Shown one piece after another: positions 1 to 10,184 of a stretch of 54,277 nt of DNA. The DNA comes from a virus, in IMG/VR virus record IMGVR_UViG_3300014208_001418; one strand, given 5' to 3'. Position 1 is the first letter of the stretch. Each line of letters starts with the position of its first letter. The notes under the pieces are model-generated. The model saw nothing but the letters and a program-made list of their open reading frames with translations. It ran no database searches and was not told where the DNA came from. The position numbers were made by a program, and so were the translations under genes.

Positions 1-190
1 AAAATCAGTTAAGAAGACTTGCAATATAATATAGTACACGTTACATCGATTTAATTTTTTTAAAATAGACTTCTGCTTTCGTATATTGAATCTAAGTTCT
101 ATAGCCAAAGTATATATAGTTTTTATGTTATAGATAGTTTATTAAAGTGTATTAATGGAATAATTAAATATACAAAAAAGAGACTAAAAC

Positions 191-665
191 ATGGTCAGTT
201 TCCTCAACAATCCTTTTTCTTTCACATCCTCCCAACTAAATCGTAATTTATTCACTTCTTTCGACAATTATAATTATAGGTTTATGGAGTTAAAATCATG
301 AAATCAAAATCATCAATAAGTGTGAAACACTTCTGTATAATGGTATTACTGATATTATTAGTATCAACATCATCTACAGCTATTGAAGATACAAACATAA
401 CATTTTCTGATACAAACAGTATCAATGACGTTGTAATATCAGGAACAACAACTCCAGAACCAACATCAACAGCGACAGCCACAGCGACAGTAACTCCCAG
501 AACAACTCCGTCTCAATGTCCCACAGGTCTGATATGGAATTCGACCAGTAACAAATGTGTAGCTCCTCCTGAAACATCAGATGATACCTACATATATATC
601 GCTTGATCATAATTCTTGTTGGTGGAGTAATCTACATAACCAAGTTCAGAAAGCACGGAAAATGA
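191..665 (+). pseudogene. Frameshifted cassette: small TM ORF (191-292) plus secreted Pro/Thr/Cys-rich protein (298-606) whose TM anchor lies in another frame (to 665)
   Basis: After YIYI a shifted frame reads LIIILVGGVIYITKFRKHGK*, paralogous to the C-terminus of 12029-13318. The upstream ORF needs one A removed to end ...IIIIGLWS* like 17043-17162. Confidence 0.65.
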
Positions 666-791
666 AATAGACAAAAAATTCTATTTCATATTTTTTAATT
701 TTTAAGGGTTCTGTTAGCGATTTTTATAGTTTTCTATAGTAAATCTTTATATGCTTATGGGTCAAAAACACATTATATAGACGTGAAATAT

Positions 792-911
792 ATGATAAAA
801 CTATCCACAATAATTTTAATGATTATAGTCCTCCTTGCTTTTCCCGTATCAGCATCAGAATTCATCATGAATTTCTGGAATTATATTAATAATTTAATAG
901 GAATGAAATAA
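792..911 (+). CDS. 39-aa signal-peptide-like small protein
   Basis: MIKLSTIILMIIVLLAFPVSA...; TATA at ~746; below the ORF-track cutoff. Confidence 0.45.
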   Translation: MIKLSTIILMIIVLLAFPVSASEFIMNFWNYINNLIGMK

Positions 912-935
912 AATGAACTCAAAAGGTGATAAACT

Positions 936-3542
936 ATGTCAGATAAGAGAATAATTATGCTAAGGACTCTTTTAGTGTTGTGTATTATTTCAATTCTTGC
1001 AAATACAGTATCAGCAACGGTAATTGATGTCAAAAACATTTATCAAGATTCAAATGGAAACTGGCTGAAAGAGGATGCTGTTAATCTTACGTTTTTTCCA
1101 CGATATACCGTATCTGATGAGGGAACATCTTATGTCATTTCACGCATGGGTGAAAGCGTAACACTACCAAAGCGATCATGGATTTCATATAATTTTTATC
1201 CAGACCGAATAGTTCCAGTTGTGACGATAAACAGCTATTCACAAATTGACCAGCTCGTGACAAAAGTAAATAGTAGTGCATGGTATCTCACAGTTCCATT
1301 TTCAGCATCTAATGTTAGATCAGTCACGGATGACCTCATTGATATGGGAGTTTTCCGAAGAACAACATCGATAAGTGTTCGGGACAGCAATACTACTCCA
1401 AATTCATATTATATCCTTCCTAAAGTCATTGGTGACGATATAAGACTATATTTCAATCCTCAGACGTATTCAGGAGTAGTATATCCACTTATTTTAACAG
1501 AAAATACAATCACAGTCACAAATGCAAGCACGTCAGGATTCACATCAGCAAACGTATCTTTGAATGGTAGCAGGTGGACTGGTTCTGGGCAATTGGCTAT
1601 TAATCTCAATGCATCCTACCTTAATGGCTTGTTAGGTTACTGGTCAATGGACGAGAACACAGGAACGACTATTCACAACGTCAATACCGAATCTGGGAGT
1701 ATCAATACTACAAATCAAGGAACATGGAGCGGAAACACCACGCTCAATTATACTACTGGACAAATAGGAAATGCAGGTTCTTTTGATGGTGTGGATGATT
1801 ATGTTAGTAATACATCTCTTTTTATTTCAGAAAACAATACAATATCGGTATGGGTTAAACCAAATATATTTGTCAATTCAATAGGTATATGGAGTAAAAG
1901 GGGTACAGCTTTAGGTTCAGAATTTTTACGATTATCTGGAACTTCGGGAGCAATCACAATATGGCGAAATAAAGATGGAGCGAACTTGTGGGAACAATGG
2001 ACAACTGGAAATGTATTATCCACCAGTTCATATAACAATATTATAACAGTATATAACGGAACAAATCAAACAATATATGTAAATGGCGTGGCTGTTGTAA
2101 ATACATACACATCATCGTCAAATTCATTATCAAACAATTCTTTTTATATTGGTAGAGACTCAAATACCTATTTCAATGGTTCTATTGATGAAGTCAAAAT
2201 CTGGAATCGTGCATTATCTGCATCAGAAATTGCAGAATTATACAATAGGTCAATGCGTATTCAAGCGATGCCACTCATTTTGAATCAATCAGCATCAGCA
2301 GGAAATGTAATCAATCGAACACGTATTGTCTATTCAGGACAGGATACAGTAAATAATATCTCAATATATGCTCGTCAGAACGGAACAACTGCGTGGAATC
2401 TTATTCAATCTAATATTTCAACGAATACCTGGATGGACTCTATACTATCAAACAATCTTGATTATGGTATTCAGATGCATGGAAATGGAAGCAACACACC
2501 ATTTTTCACAAGTTTAGAATATGATGAAACCCCTGCAAAAATATACTTTGGAACTGGACTTTCAAATAATATTACAGTAAATGGAGTACAGAATTATAGT
2601 CGAGTGGTAAACACAAGTTCAGATGTGATTATAAATATATCTGCAATTCCCACATCAGACTTACTTAATGTCACAATCAACACATGGAACACTACTGGTG
2701 ACTATTACAAAAAATGGAATGAATCTAGCACCAATACAAGCACAACCACTCAGCATATAATCGGTGATTTATTACTAAATACTACCTATCAAATCAAGCG
2801 AGACAGTATAAATTACACAACAGTAACCTCTAACTCAACAGGTTATATTAATTGGACTTATTCAGGAGGATACAGTGAGCATCAATTTGAAATCGAATTA
2901 TACACTCCCACAGCAACTCCCACCGTATCAGATTCAGGTAGTAGTGGTGGATCAGTAAATAATCAGAACCCATTTCCGTGGACTGAAGATGGAGATCATC
3001 CCCCAATAGTCAATACAACATCAGTACCTAGTCCCGAAAAGAAATCCTACATCTTCCGCATTAATATAGACGGAATCTCAGGAAGATTCGAACCCCCCAT
3101 AACAGATATCATAGCTATTAATTTCCAATTCCCAAATGCATTTAGAGGAATTAAAACATTAAAGCTTAATACTATGAATACATACGACCCATCTTTACTT
3201 CACGCATATAAATACTTTGAGATATTCAGCGATTTCCCCATCAAAACAGATTCTTCAATAGAATATCGTTCTTCAACTCCAATAAAAATATATCAATTAT
3301 ATACTGGAGGAGAATGGATAGAAAACAAAAACATCAAAAAAATATCTCCCAATGTCTATAAAATTCCAATCTCTAGCTTAGGCGTATTCACAGTAACTAC
3401 AGTATCTTCAATAACAGCAAATCAAGTATCATTAGGATCTATCTCCCCATTAGAGACGTTCTTCGTCACTCTTATGCAAAGCTTGAAAGCTACAATCAAT
3501 CAATTAATACTCAAAGTCAATGAGATAGAAATGATGTTATAA
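936..3542 (+). CDS. Secreted surface glycoprotein with LamG/concanavalin-like domain and PGF-pre-PGF-like C-terminal domain
   Basis: GGTGA RBS; signal peptide; GLLGYWSMDE...FDGVDDYV...FNGSIDEVKIWNRALSASEI; many NxS/T sequons. Confidence 0.85.
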   Translation: MSDKRIIMLRTLLVLCIISILANTVSATVIDVKNIYQDSNGNWLKEDAVNLTFFPRYTVSDEGTSYVISRMGESVTLPKRSWISYNFYPDRIVPVVTINSYSQIDQLVTKVNSSAWYLTVPFSASNVRSVTDDLIDMGVFRRTTSISVRDSNTTPNSYYILPKVIGDDIRLYFNPQTYSGVVYPLILTENTITVTNASTSGFTSANVSLNGSRWTGSGQLAINLNASYLNGLLGYWSMDENTGTTIHNVNTESGSINTTNQGTWSGNTTLNYTTGQIGNAGSFDGVDDYVSNTSLFISENNTISVWVKPNIFVNSIGIWSKRGTALGSEFLRLSGTSGAITIWRNKDGANLWEQWTTGNVLSTSSYNNIITVYNGTNQTIYVNGVAVVNTYTSSSNSLSNNSFYIGRDSNTYFNGSIDEVKIWNRALSASEIAELYNRSMRIQAMPLILNQSASAGNVINRTRIVYSGQDTVNNISIYARQNGTTAWNLIQSNISTNTWMDSILSNNLDYGIQMHGNGSNTPFFTSLEYDETPAKIYFGTGLSNNITVNGVQNYSRVVNTSSDVIINISAIPTSDLLNVTINTWNTTGDYYKKWNESSTNTSTTTQHIIGDLLLNTTYQIKRDSINYTTVTSNSTGYINWTYSGGYSEHQFEIELYTPTATPTVSDSGSSGGSVNNQNPFPWTEDGDHPPIVNTTSVPSPEKKSYIFRINIDGISGRFEPPITDIIAINFQFPNAFRGIKTLKLNTMNTYDPSLLHAYKYFEIFSDFPIKTDSSIEYRSSTPIKIYQLYTGGEWIENKNIKKISPNVYKIPISSLGVFTVTTVSSITANQVSLGSISPLETFFVTLMQSLKATINQLILKVNEIEMML

Positions 3543-3707
3543 CAAAATACTAACAATTTTTAAAAAACGATATTGTTAATTATTTTTGTTATTAATATCT
3601 TTTATTTTCCAACAAAGCTAATTCCCAATAACGTAAGCTTTATATTCTTTCCAAATAATTCTCAATAAAAGTTATTTAAAATAAAATTAAATAAAAAGAG
3701 AGATCAT

Positions 3708-3935
3708 ATGAGAAATACCGAAATATCAGTATCCCGAAACTTTTCCTTACCTTTATCATTAGTAGTAGAGGTAGAAAAAACAGCAGACGATCCAGAACAC
3801 GGTTATTATAATCGTTCAGACTTTGCAAGAAAAGCATTTCGCAGAGAGCTAGACTTCCAAAGATCACTCAAAGAAGAAAAAGCACTCAAAGAACAAGAAC
3901 AAAAAGCACTCAAAAATAACGGAGTTTCACAATGA
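3708..3935 (+). CDS. Ribbon-helix-helix (CopG/NikR-like) regulator
   Basis: RNFSLP...YYNRSDFARKAFRREL pattern. Confidence 0.8.
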   Translation: MRNTEISVSRNFSLPLSLVVEVEKTADDPEHGYYNRSDFARKAFRRELDFQRSLKEEKALKEQEQKALKNNGVSQ

Positions 3936-5125
3936 ACAAACTATTAACCCTATTAATACTATTAATCCTAATACCCCTATCACTATCTCCAGCCTCAGCC
4001 GAAGACACCTACAACGCTAAAATTCAAATCGAAATATCCCAAGTCAATAACGGAGTAACTTCTTGGTCTGCTCCAATAACCTTCGATCTTAATAAGACTG
4101 ACTCGAAATCCATCTATGGTATATCAGTAAACTATGCTGATATCGGAAACTCCAATTCCTTAATCCTTCTTCGTATCGCAGGAGGTTCCACATCAGACGT
4201 AGCGATGGCAAAGAATCAGCAAGCCTGCATAAAAGGGACCTGTGTAATGAATATCTCTCTACCCATAAACGTTGGAGATGTTCGTATAACATTGATGGAT
4301 ATAATAAAATCCTCTGCCTACTCATCCACTACAACAACCTCTGATAACATAGTAGAACTATACGTTCTCTGTTCCTCAGGCGAAAGACTCATCCTAGATA
4401 GAGACAGTCCCAATAATTATAACCCAACTCTCTGTGTCTCAAAAACAGGATGGTCTACGACCTCATCCAAAAACCTAATCATGTATATGAAACGTAACGT
4501 TATTACACCAATATCCTTAAATGTCGTTACAAATGGTGGATACAAAGAAGAAATAGTAGATGTCAACACTCGAAAATATACTATTACCTCCAACGAAGTC
4601 TACACCTTCAATGTCAAAGCCACTACCCAAGATATATGGGGAGGAAACATCGAAAAGCTCAATACCTATACCTTAACAGTAGCAGGTCTTGGTTCCACGT
4701 CTTCAGTACCCTCAACTCCCTCAACCTCTCCTTCAACTCCAACAAAGTCCTACAGCGTCTTTACAGGAGAACGTCAAGAGATTACTCTTCAGCCTGGATC
4801 ATTCGATGAAGATCCCTCTTTCACAGCATCCCAATTAAGCTCAACTCCCGATAAGTCAATATGGGAACTCTCATTCTTCGAATCAGGGATAACATCAACA
4901 ACATACAACCCCAAAACTGGAACCCCTTTTTCCATCGAATTCAGAGTAAGTGATCGTCCCACTCCAAAAGTCACTGAAGCTGCTCAAACTCCTCCACTAA
5001 CCTCTTACTCAGATACAATCCTATACATAATCATTGTACTCCTGATAATAGCAGCAGCAATATATTATCTCAAAGTCAAAAAATCCCCCTCCAGAGAACG
5101 CAAAATAACAACCAGAGAACCTTAA
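3932..5125 (+). CDS. Type I membrane surface protein, unknown function
   Basis: Signal peptide, PST linker, C-terminal TM plus basic tail. Confidence 0.8.
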   Translation: MNKLLTLLILLILIPLSLSPASAEDTYNAKIQIEISQVNNGVTSWSAPITFDLNKTDSKSIYGISVNYADIGNSNSLILLRIAGGSTSDVAMAKNQQACIKGTCVMNISLPINVGDVRITLMDIIKSSAYSSTTTTSDNIVELYVLCSSGERLILDRDSPNNYNPTLCVSKTGWSTTSSKNLIMYMKRNVITPISLNVVTNGGYKEEIVDVNTRKYTITSNEVYTFNVKATTQDIWGGNIEKLNTYTLTVAGLGSTSSVPSTPSTSPSTPTKSYSVFTGERQEITLQPGSFDEDPSFTASQLSSTPDKSIWELSFFESGITSTTYNPKTGTPFSIEFRVSDRPTPKVTEAAQTPPLTSYSDTILYIIIVLLIIAAAIYYLKVKKSPSRERKITTREP

Positions 5126-5137
5126 AAGAGCCCTTTC

Positions 5138-6337
5138 ATGACCACAATAAACAACGACATCTATTCAGGTATCAACAAAGTCTACTTCCTGACAGCCGAA
5201 GCTGAACCCGTAGATGCAGGCGTTTTCGACATGGACTACGGAGTCGACAAAAACAAATACAGTTCGGGTCAATTTGATCCCTCTGTAGACTTTTTTGATG
5301 ATACAATCTATGAAGGTAGACCATTCTTGAAAGTCTGTTTCATGCATCACGACTTATCCTCCATAGGCCTAAAAATAGGTCCTGGTCACATACATGAACG
5401 CTATTTTATCTCTACAGAACCCAACATCCCTATAACTGACATCTTCCGTCAAACCTCATATGGTAACATCCTAATCTACGGAACTCCCAAATCAATGAAC
5501 CCACCCACCCTCAATGACAATCAGGGACAAATAAAGCTTTGGGAAGTCGAACCTTACCTCTGTAAAGAAGATATCGAACTCCTCATAAACAACATCAATG
5601 CAGTATCCATATTCAAAAAAGAACTAGTAGACGCTAAAGTAAAAGCCCATAACTCCACAACCGAAGCCGTTCTTCAAATGGCTCGTGCAGTCTCCGCAGA
5701 ATCCTCCAATGTAGCTTTCGCAACCGTCATCAAAGTAATCCTTGCTCGTCTCCAACAATACCAGGGGAAGCTCATAGACATGAACGTAGAAGTAACCCAA
5801 CGCCTTCAGAAAGGAATGGAAACTATGGAAGGCCAACTCGATCTTGGAATCCCTTGGAATGATGTCAAAGCCTACGATGTCAAAAACACAATAGAAGACA
5901 TAGGATCCACTATTAATTCCATGACAGCTCTAAAGAACCTAAATCCAAATCCATCTGATAACGTCAAAGAATATGCCCTCAATATGGCTATTGAAATATG
6001 TGGCATCCCCTTCATAAAAGAACACCTGGGTTCTTACAACGAAAATACCCAGCCAAAACATATAAGTACATTCAGCGGGTTATCTACAGAGTACATGAAA
6101 AATCAGTTGGCCGCCAATATCCCTCCTCAAGAAATCGAAGCACAGATGACAAAGTTCGTTGAAAATCTCATGTCCAAATTCAACATAAACGGAAACGACA
6201 TGAAAAAAGCAGTAGAGGAAACTCATCAAGAAATGCTAACTCGAAACCCCAATCACCCTAACTATCAACAGATCCCCTATGCCAACCAATACAATAAACA
6301 ACTCTCTCAGCAATACCCTCAACAGTACTCCCAATGA
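5138..6337 (+). CDS. Hypothetical soluble protein with coiled-coil region and Q/Y-rich tail
   Basis: Long ORF with native codon usage. Confidence 0.75.
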   Translation: MTTINNDIYSGINKVYFLTAEAEPVDAGVFDMDYGVDKNKYSSGQFDPSVDFFDDTIYEGRPFLKVCFMHHDLSSIGLKIGPGHIHERYFISTEPNIPITDIFRQTSYGNILIYGTPKSMNPPTLNDNQGQIKLWEVEPYLCKEDIELLINNINAVSIFKKELVDAKVKAHNSTTEAVLQMARAVSAESSNVAFATVIKVILARLQQYQGKLIDMNVEVTQRLQKGMETMEGQLDLGIPWNDVKAYDVKNTIEDIGSTINSMTALKNLNPNPSDNVKEYALNMAIEICGIPFIKEHLGSYNENTQPKHISTFSGLSTEYMKNQLAANIPPQEIEAQMTKFVENLMSKFNINGNDMKKAVEETHQEMLTRNPNHPNYQQIPYANQYNKQLSQQYPQQYSQ

Positions 6338-7445
6338 CGTAATAATAGAAGTACTCCCCACAATCTCTTATAGTAGTTTATTCTCCGACTCCAACATTTT
6401 TTGGATATTCACAATTGGCATATTCTCCATCCTCTACCTAATCTTAGGTCGCTTTGATACAATCAAAAAAAGCACTCGTACCCTTTTCGCTCTCTCCATC
6501 CCCATCCTCATAGACCTGTTCATATCATTCGGAACCTTCACCTTTACCTTCCCATTCTCCTATTCTTTCACAGTCTCCCACGGAGTAATGTTCCTTAAAC
6601 TCCTAGATTACCTATTTTCCTATGGTCTATACAACGACTACTCCAGTTCTCTCATATCACCCTTCATTCAAAACGCCTCTCCTGTAGCCTCCTCAACCCT
6701 AACCTACCTACTCCTATTCCTAATAAATTCAATCGACACGATCCTAGAATTCATTTTTCTCTCTTATTTAACCTATACCCTTATAACAATCATCGAAAAC
6801 TCTACTCATAAACAAATTAACTATCAACTTCCAATCTCAATCGCAATAGGATTCATACCCGTATTCTTCTATATGATATTCGTTTCAAATCCCATAGAAG
6901 AGACAGCCAAAACAATCATAAACCTCAACGCAACTATAGACTTCTTTGCTTCTTCCTCCTTATTAACCATAGCATTAATGGCATTCTTTATAATCCTAAA
7001 TTTTGTAATCATCTCTCAAATAATCTTCATCGTAGTAGAACTCTGCTTTACCCTATACTCAAACCTAAATTACTCCAAAGCAGGAATAGAATGGCTTTAC
7101 TCCAAACACGGAATCGCATTATCCTTCTCAATCGTTTACTCCCTTATTTTCATGCTACACTCTGATTTCAAGTGGTACTCAGTATTTCCGATTTTACTCC
7201 TTTATTCCTATTTTAAAGACAAATCCTCAACCTACATCAAAAACTCTAAAACTAATCAATTTGAAACTCAACGCATTCAGGACATATCTCGTTCTACAAT
7301 AGAACAATATAATCCTTCTTCTCATCCTCATCCTTTTTCCGAACCCGATCAAATTCATGATGAATTCTCTCTTTATAACATAATCCTTTCCATCCTCGTA
7401 ATAATCATACTAGTCCTCTCCTATTATTGGTACACCCTGCAATGA
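6279..7445 (+). CDS. Polytopic membrane protein
   Basis: Many hydrophobic segments; start uncertain. Confidence 0.75.
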   Translation: MPTNTINNSLSNTLNSTPNDVIIEVLPTISYSSLFSDSNIFWIFTIGIFSILYLILGRFDTIKKSTRTLFALSIPILIDLFISFGTFTFTFPFSYSFTVSHGVMFLKLLDYLFSYGLYNDYSSSLISPFIQNASPVASSTLTYLLLFLINSIDTILEFIFLSYLTYTLITIIENSTHKQINYQLPISIAIGFIPVFFYMIFVSNPIEETAKTIINLNATIDFFASSSLLTIALMAFFIILNFVIISQIIFIVVELCFTLYSNLNYSKAGIEWLYSKHGIALSFSIVYSLIFMLHSDFKWYSVFPILLLYSYFKDKSSTYIKNSKTNQFETQRIQDISRSTIEQYNPSSHPHPFSEPDQIHDEFSLYNIILSILVIIILVLSYYWYTLQ

Positions 7446-7903
7446 AATCATGGGAACAATTAACAACTCAATCAGAAGTTCACGCTTTACTTTCCAAACC
7501 CGAACTCCTAGCCATCGCCGAAATCCTATATTCCGAAAACTCTCAAACCTTCGACTCTATCCTAAACGAATACTCTAAATCCTTCTCTTCCGAAATAACA
7601 CCTCGTCAACTCTACTATAACCTAAACATCCTAATCAAAAACAATATCATCTCAACAGAAGGAGAAAATGGAAAAAAAATCTATACCCTAAACAAAATAG
7701 AAAAAACAACTTACGCCTTCTCTTACACGACATCAATCCTTCTATTACTCTCTATTTTCAATCTTTTATTCTCATTCAGTACTCTCAATATCATCGTAGT
7801 TCTTCTCTTTACAATAGCTCTAGTATCAACTCACTTCGAATATTCTTATCGCTTTTTAAAAAACAACAAATTTCAGCTTCTCATAGAAAAACTCTCAAAA
7901 TAA
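7442..7903 (+). CDS. Winged-HTH protein with C-terminal TM helices
   Basis: ITPRQLYYNLNILIKNNII...KKIYTL; ATGA coupling at 7442. Confidence 0.7.
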   Translation: MKSWEQLTTQSEVHALLSKPELLAIAEILYSENSQTFDSILNEYSKSFSSEITPRQLYYNLNILIKNNIISTEGENGKKIYTLNKIEKTTYAFSYTTSILLLLSIFNLLFSFSTLNIIVVLLFTIALVSTHFEYSYRFLKNNKFQLLIEKLSK

Positions 7904-7942
7904 CGTTCACGCATAGCGTTATACCAACTTTTTGTAAAGCTA

Positions 7943-7990
7943 TACCAAAGCTTTGGTAGTCTAAAACTGAAAGTAAGCTTAATATATACG
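7943..7990 (+). promoter_or_regulatory. 16-bp palindrome plus TATA promoter of the 8074 gene
   Basis: TACCAAAGCTTTGGTA (7943-7958) upstream of GTAAGCTTAATATATA. Confidence 0.55.
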
Positions 7991-8073
7991 ATCACTATCT
8001 TATCGCTTAATCGATTGCGTTAAAAACAATCGAAATTAAAAAATCTTCTCTCTAAAAAGGAGTTAAAAAATAT

Positions 8074-9207
8074 ATGACGAACTCAAAACCCCAAATAAAA
8101 GGAGCGACTATAGTAATAATATTGCTCCTAGCCGTAGTAGGCGCACTAGCTTACAGTACACTGAAAGCACCCGTGCCAACCACAGGTGATATAAACCCAG
8201 CAGACAAATTCTCAGATCAGGTCGGTTCAGCCCCAGGTCAGCAGCCCACAAACATCATCACAACTAACAGTAAATTCGGTGATGACAATGTTGGACAGTT
8301 CCGTCCAGCCGTTTACAACGTAATGGACACGACTGCCACAACCTATACTGTAAACACGATCAGAGTTTACCAGATTGTAGATGGTATTGAAAACTTCTTC
8401 GGGACAGTTGCAACAGTAGTAACTGGTGTGGCACCACGTGGAACAGCATCTAATACTCTCGACATAACAGGATATGACGAAAACAACAATCTATACAAAT
8501 ACGTAGCATATGTCACAGCATCAGATGGCGTTAGAACCTCAGGTCGTTTCGAATTCACAGCCGCCGAAGATGTCGTCAAAACCTATGCAGTCCCTAACCA
8601 GTCAACCCTTATCTTCAAAGTCTACGATGAAGAAAATAGAGGATACCTCTTTACTTCAGGTGAAGAAGATGGAACTGTAGTCGCAGGAACAGCAAAAGCT
8701 ACAGGACAAACATTTGCAAACATGACAGCCAACACTACTGAAGCAGTCGGACAAGGCGGTTATTTCGATTACACAGTCTACTTCTCTCAGAACGGAACAG
8801 CCTCAACAGCAACCCAGTTCGAAGATCAAGTCCTTTTAATGGCAGTCGACGGTCAGGACCTCAGCGATTGGCAGACCCCAAGCATCTCTATCCCAGGCGC
8901 AGTCGTTACTCTCCTCTCACCAGGTCAGTATAACGATAAGATCAAGAACGATGGATATGACTGGATATATAGTATCACTAATGCTGATGGAACTCCACTT
9001 CATATCGACAGCACATGGACAAAAGCAAGAATCCAAGTCTATGCAAAATCAGGCGTAAACCCCTCTGACAATATCGGAATCGCTATGTACACAGGCGGTT
9101 ATTACACCCAGACAGTCGGTGACGGCATGAAGATGGATACTCACAAAGATGACGCATCTCAGACAGCAGTATTCACAGCTCAGACCTTAACCCTCAGCAT
9201 AGATTAA
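8074..9207 (+). CDS. N-terminally anchored or secreted beta-rich protein; candidate major structural/envelope protein
   Basis: Own promoter, AAGGAG RBS, hairpin terminator, biased codon usage; no family recognised. Confidence 0.6.
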   Translation: MTNSKPQIKGATIVIILLLAVVGALAYSTLKAPVPTTGDINPADKFSDQVGSAPGQQPTNIITTNSKFGDDNVGQFRPAVYNVMDTTATTYTVNTIRVYQIVDGIENFFGTVATVVTGVAPRGTASNTLDITGYDENNNLYKYVAYVTASDGVRTSGRFEFTAAEDVVKTYAVPNQSTLIFKVYDEENRGYLFTSGEEDGTVVAGTAKATGQTFANMTANTTEAVGQGGYFDYTVYFSQNGTASTATQFEDQVLLMAVDGQDLSDWQTPSISIPGAVVTLLSPGQYNDKIKNDGYDWIYSITNADGTPLHIDSTWTKARIQVYAKSGVNPSDNIGIAMYTGGYYTQTVGDGMKMDTHKDDASQTAVFTAQTLTLSID

Positions 9208-9222
9208 ATATAAACCACAACC

Positions 9223-9262
9223 TTAATAGTGACACAATCTCATTATTAACTTTTCTTTTTTT
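9223..9262 (+). terminator. Hairpin plus U-tract terminator
   Basis: TTAATAGTGA...TCATTATTAA followed by T-run. Confidence 0.6.
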
Positions 9263-9443
9263 CATAAATTTTCTCGTCATCTCTACAATTCCTATTCACT
9301 ACTTTTTCCAATATCAAGCCTATTCAATCCACTTTTCTCTTTCATTATCTTTTTCTAATCCAAAAATCTTCTCCAAAACTATATATACATCTATCACATT
9401 TCATACATTATAATCCATTAAAACTATATCAGGAAATACTTTC

Positions 9444-9731
9444 ATGTCAAAAAAAAGATCATCAATAAAGTCGATAGAAAAATCGATAGAAAACCTTTCT
9501 CAGGGAGAGAAATTAGTAGGAAGTGTCGCATGGGACATTCTCGACCTAACTCTATTCAGAATCCCAGGATTAGGCACTTTTACCGATATTCTCGCAACCT
9601 ATGTAGCATACAAATTTTGGGGTCCTATCGGTTTATTAGCCTCCGTAGAAGTCCTAGACGTGACAGATCAAGTCGATAGTTTCCTCCCAACAATGACACT
9701 CATTGCACTCTATTCAATAACAAAAAGGTGA
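9444..9731 (+). CDS. Small membrane protein, first gene of the fusexin operon
   Basis: D..RIPGLG..D and D.FLPT hydrophobic motifs; TATA ~9380. Confidence 0.7.
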   Translation: MSKKRSSIKSIEKSIENLSQGEKLVGSVAWDILDLTLFRIPGLGTFTDILATYVAYKFWGPIGLLASVEVLDVTDQVDSFLPTMTLIALYSITKR

Positions 9732-9737
9732 TATAAA

Positions 9738-10184
9738 ATGACTAAACAAAAAGAATCCAAAAAACGTCCACCAGAAATGTTATTATTCGTAGTAGGTATT
9801 ATAACATTATATCTTCTAGCAATAACAATTCCGATTCCGTTTTCCAACAACTCTGACGTTTACATAGATACAGTGGTCAAAAAATCCGTTGACATCATAA
9901 TTCCACAACCATTAACCTTCATTTCCGTAACTGCTAAAGTTCAGCAATCAACTTTCCTATCCGTCCCAAATCTCGGATGTATTGCAGGTTGTTCAGGTTT
10001 AATAACTATAACAGCAACAACTCCATCTTCTTCTGTAACAAAAACAGTTGATCCTATATACCTAACAACTACAACACCTGTTCAAATAATCCTTCGTAAG
10101 GTTCCTCCAACAGAAAAACTCGTAACTCTTACCCTTTACGAAGATGGAATCGTAACCAGTACTAAGGAGATCGTATTACCATGA
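9738..10184 (+). CDS. Membrane-anchored small beta protein, coupled to the fusexin gene
   Basis: GGTGA RBS, N-terminal TM, CxxxC, ATGA overlap. Confidence 0.75.
   Translation: MTKQKESKKRPPEMLLFVVGIITLYLLAITIPIPFSNNSDVYIDTVVKKSVDIIIPQPLTFISVTAKVQQSTFLSVPNLGCIAGCSGLITITATTPSSSVTKTVDPIYLTTTTPVQIILRKVPPTEKLVTLTLYEDGIVTSTKEIVLP

Noticed and set aside
3539-3592. AT-rich inverted repeat after the LamG gene
   Set aside because: Consistent with an ordinary terminator-like hairpin
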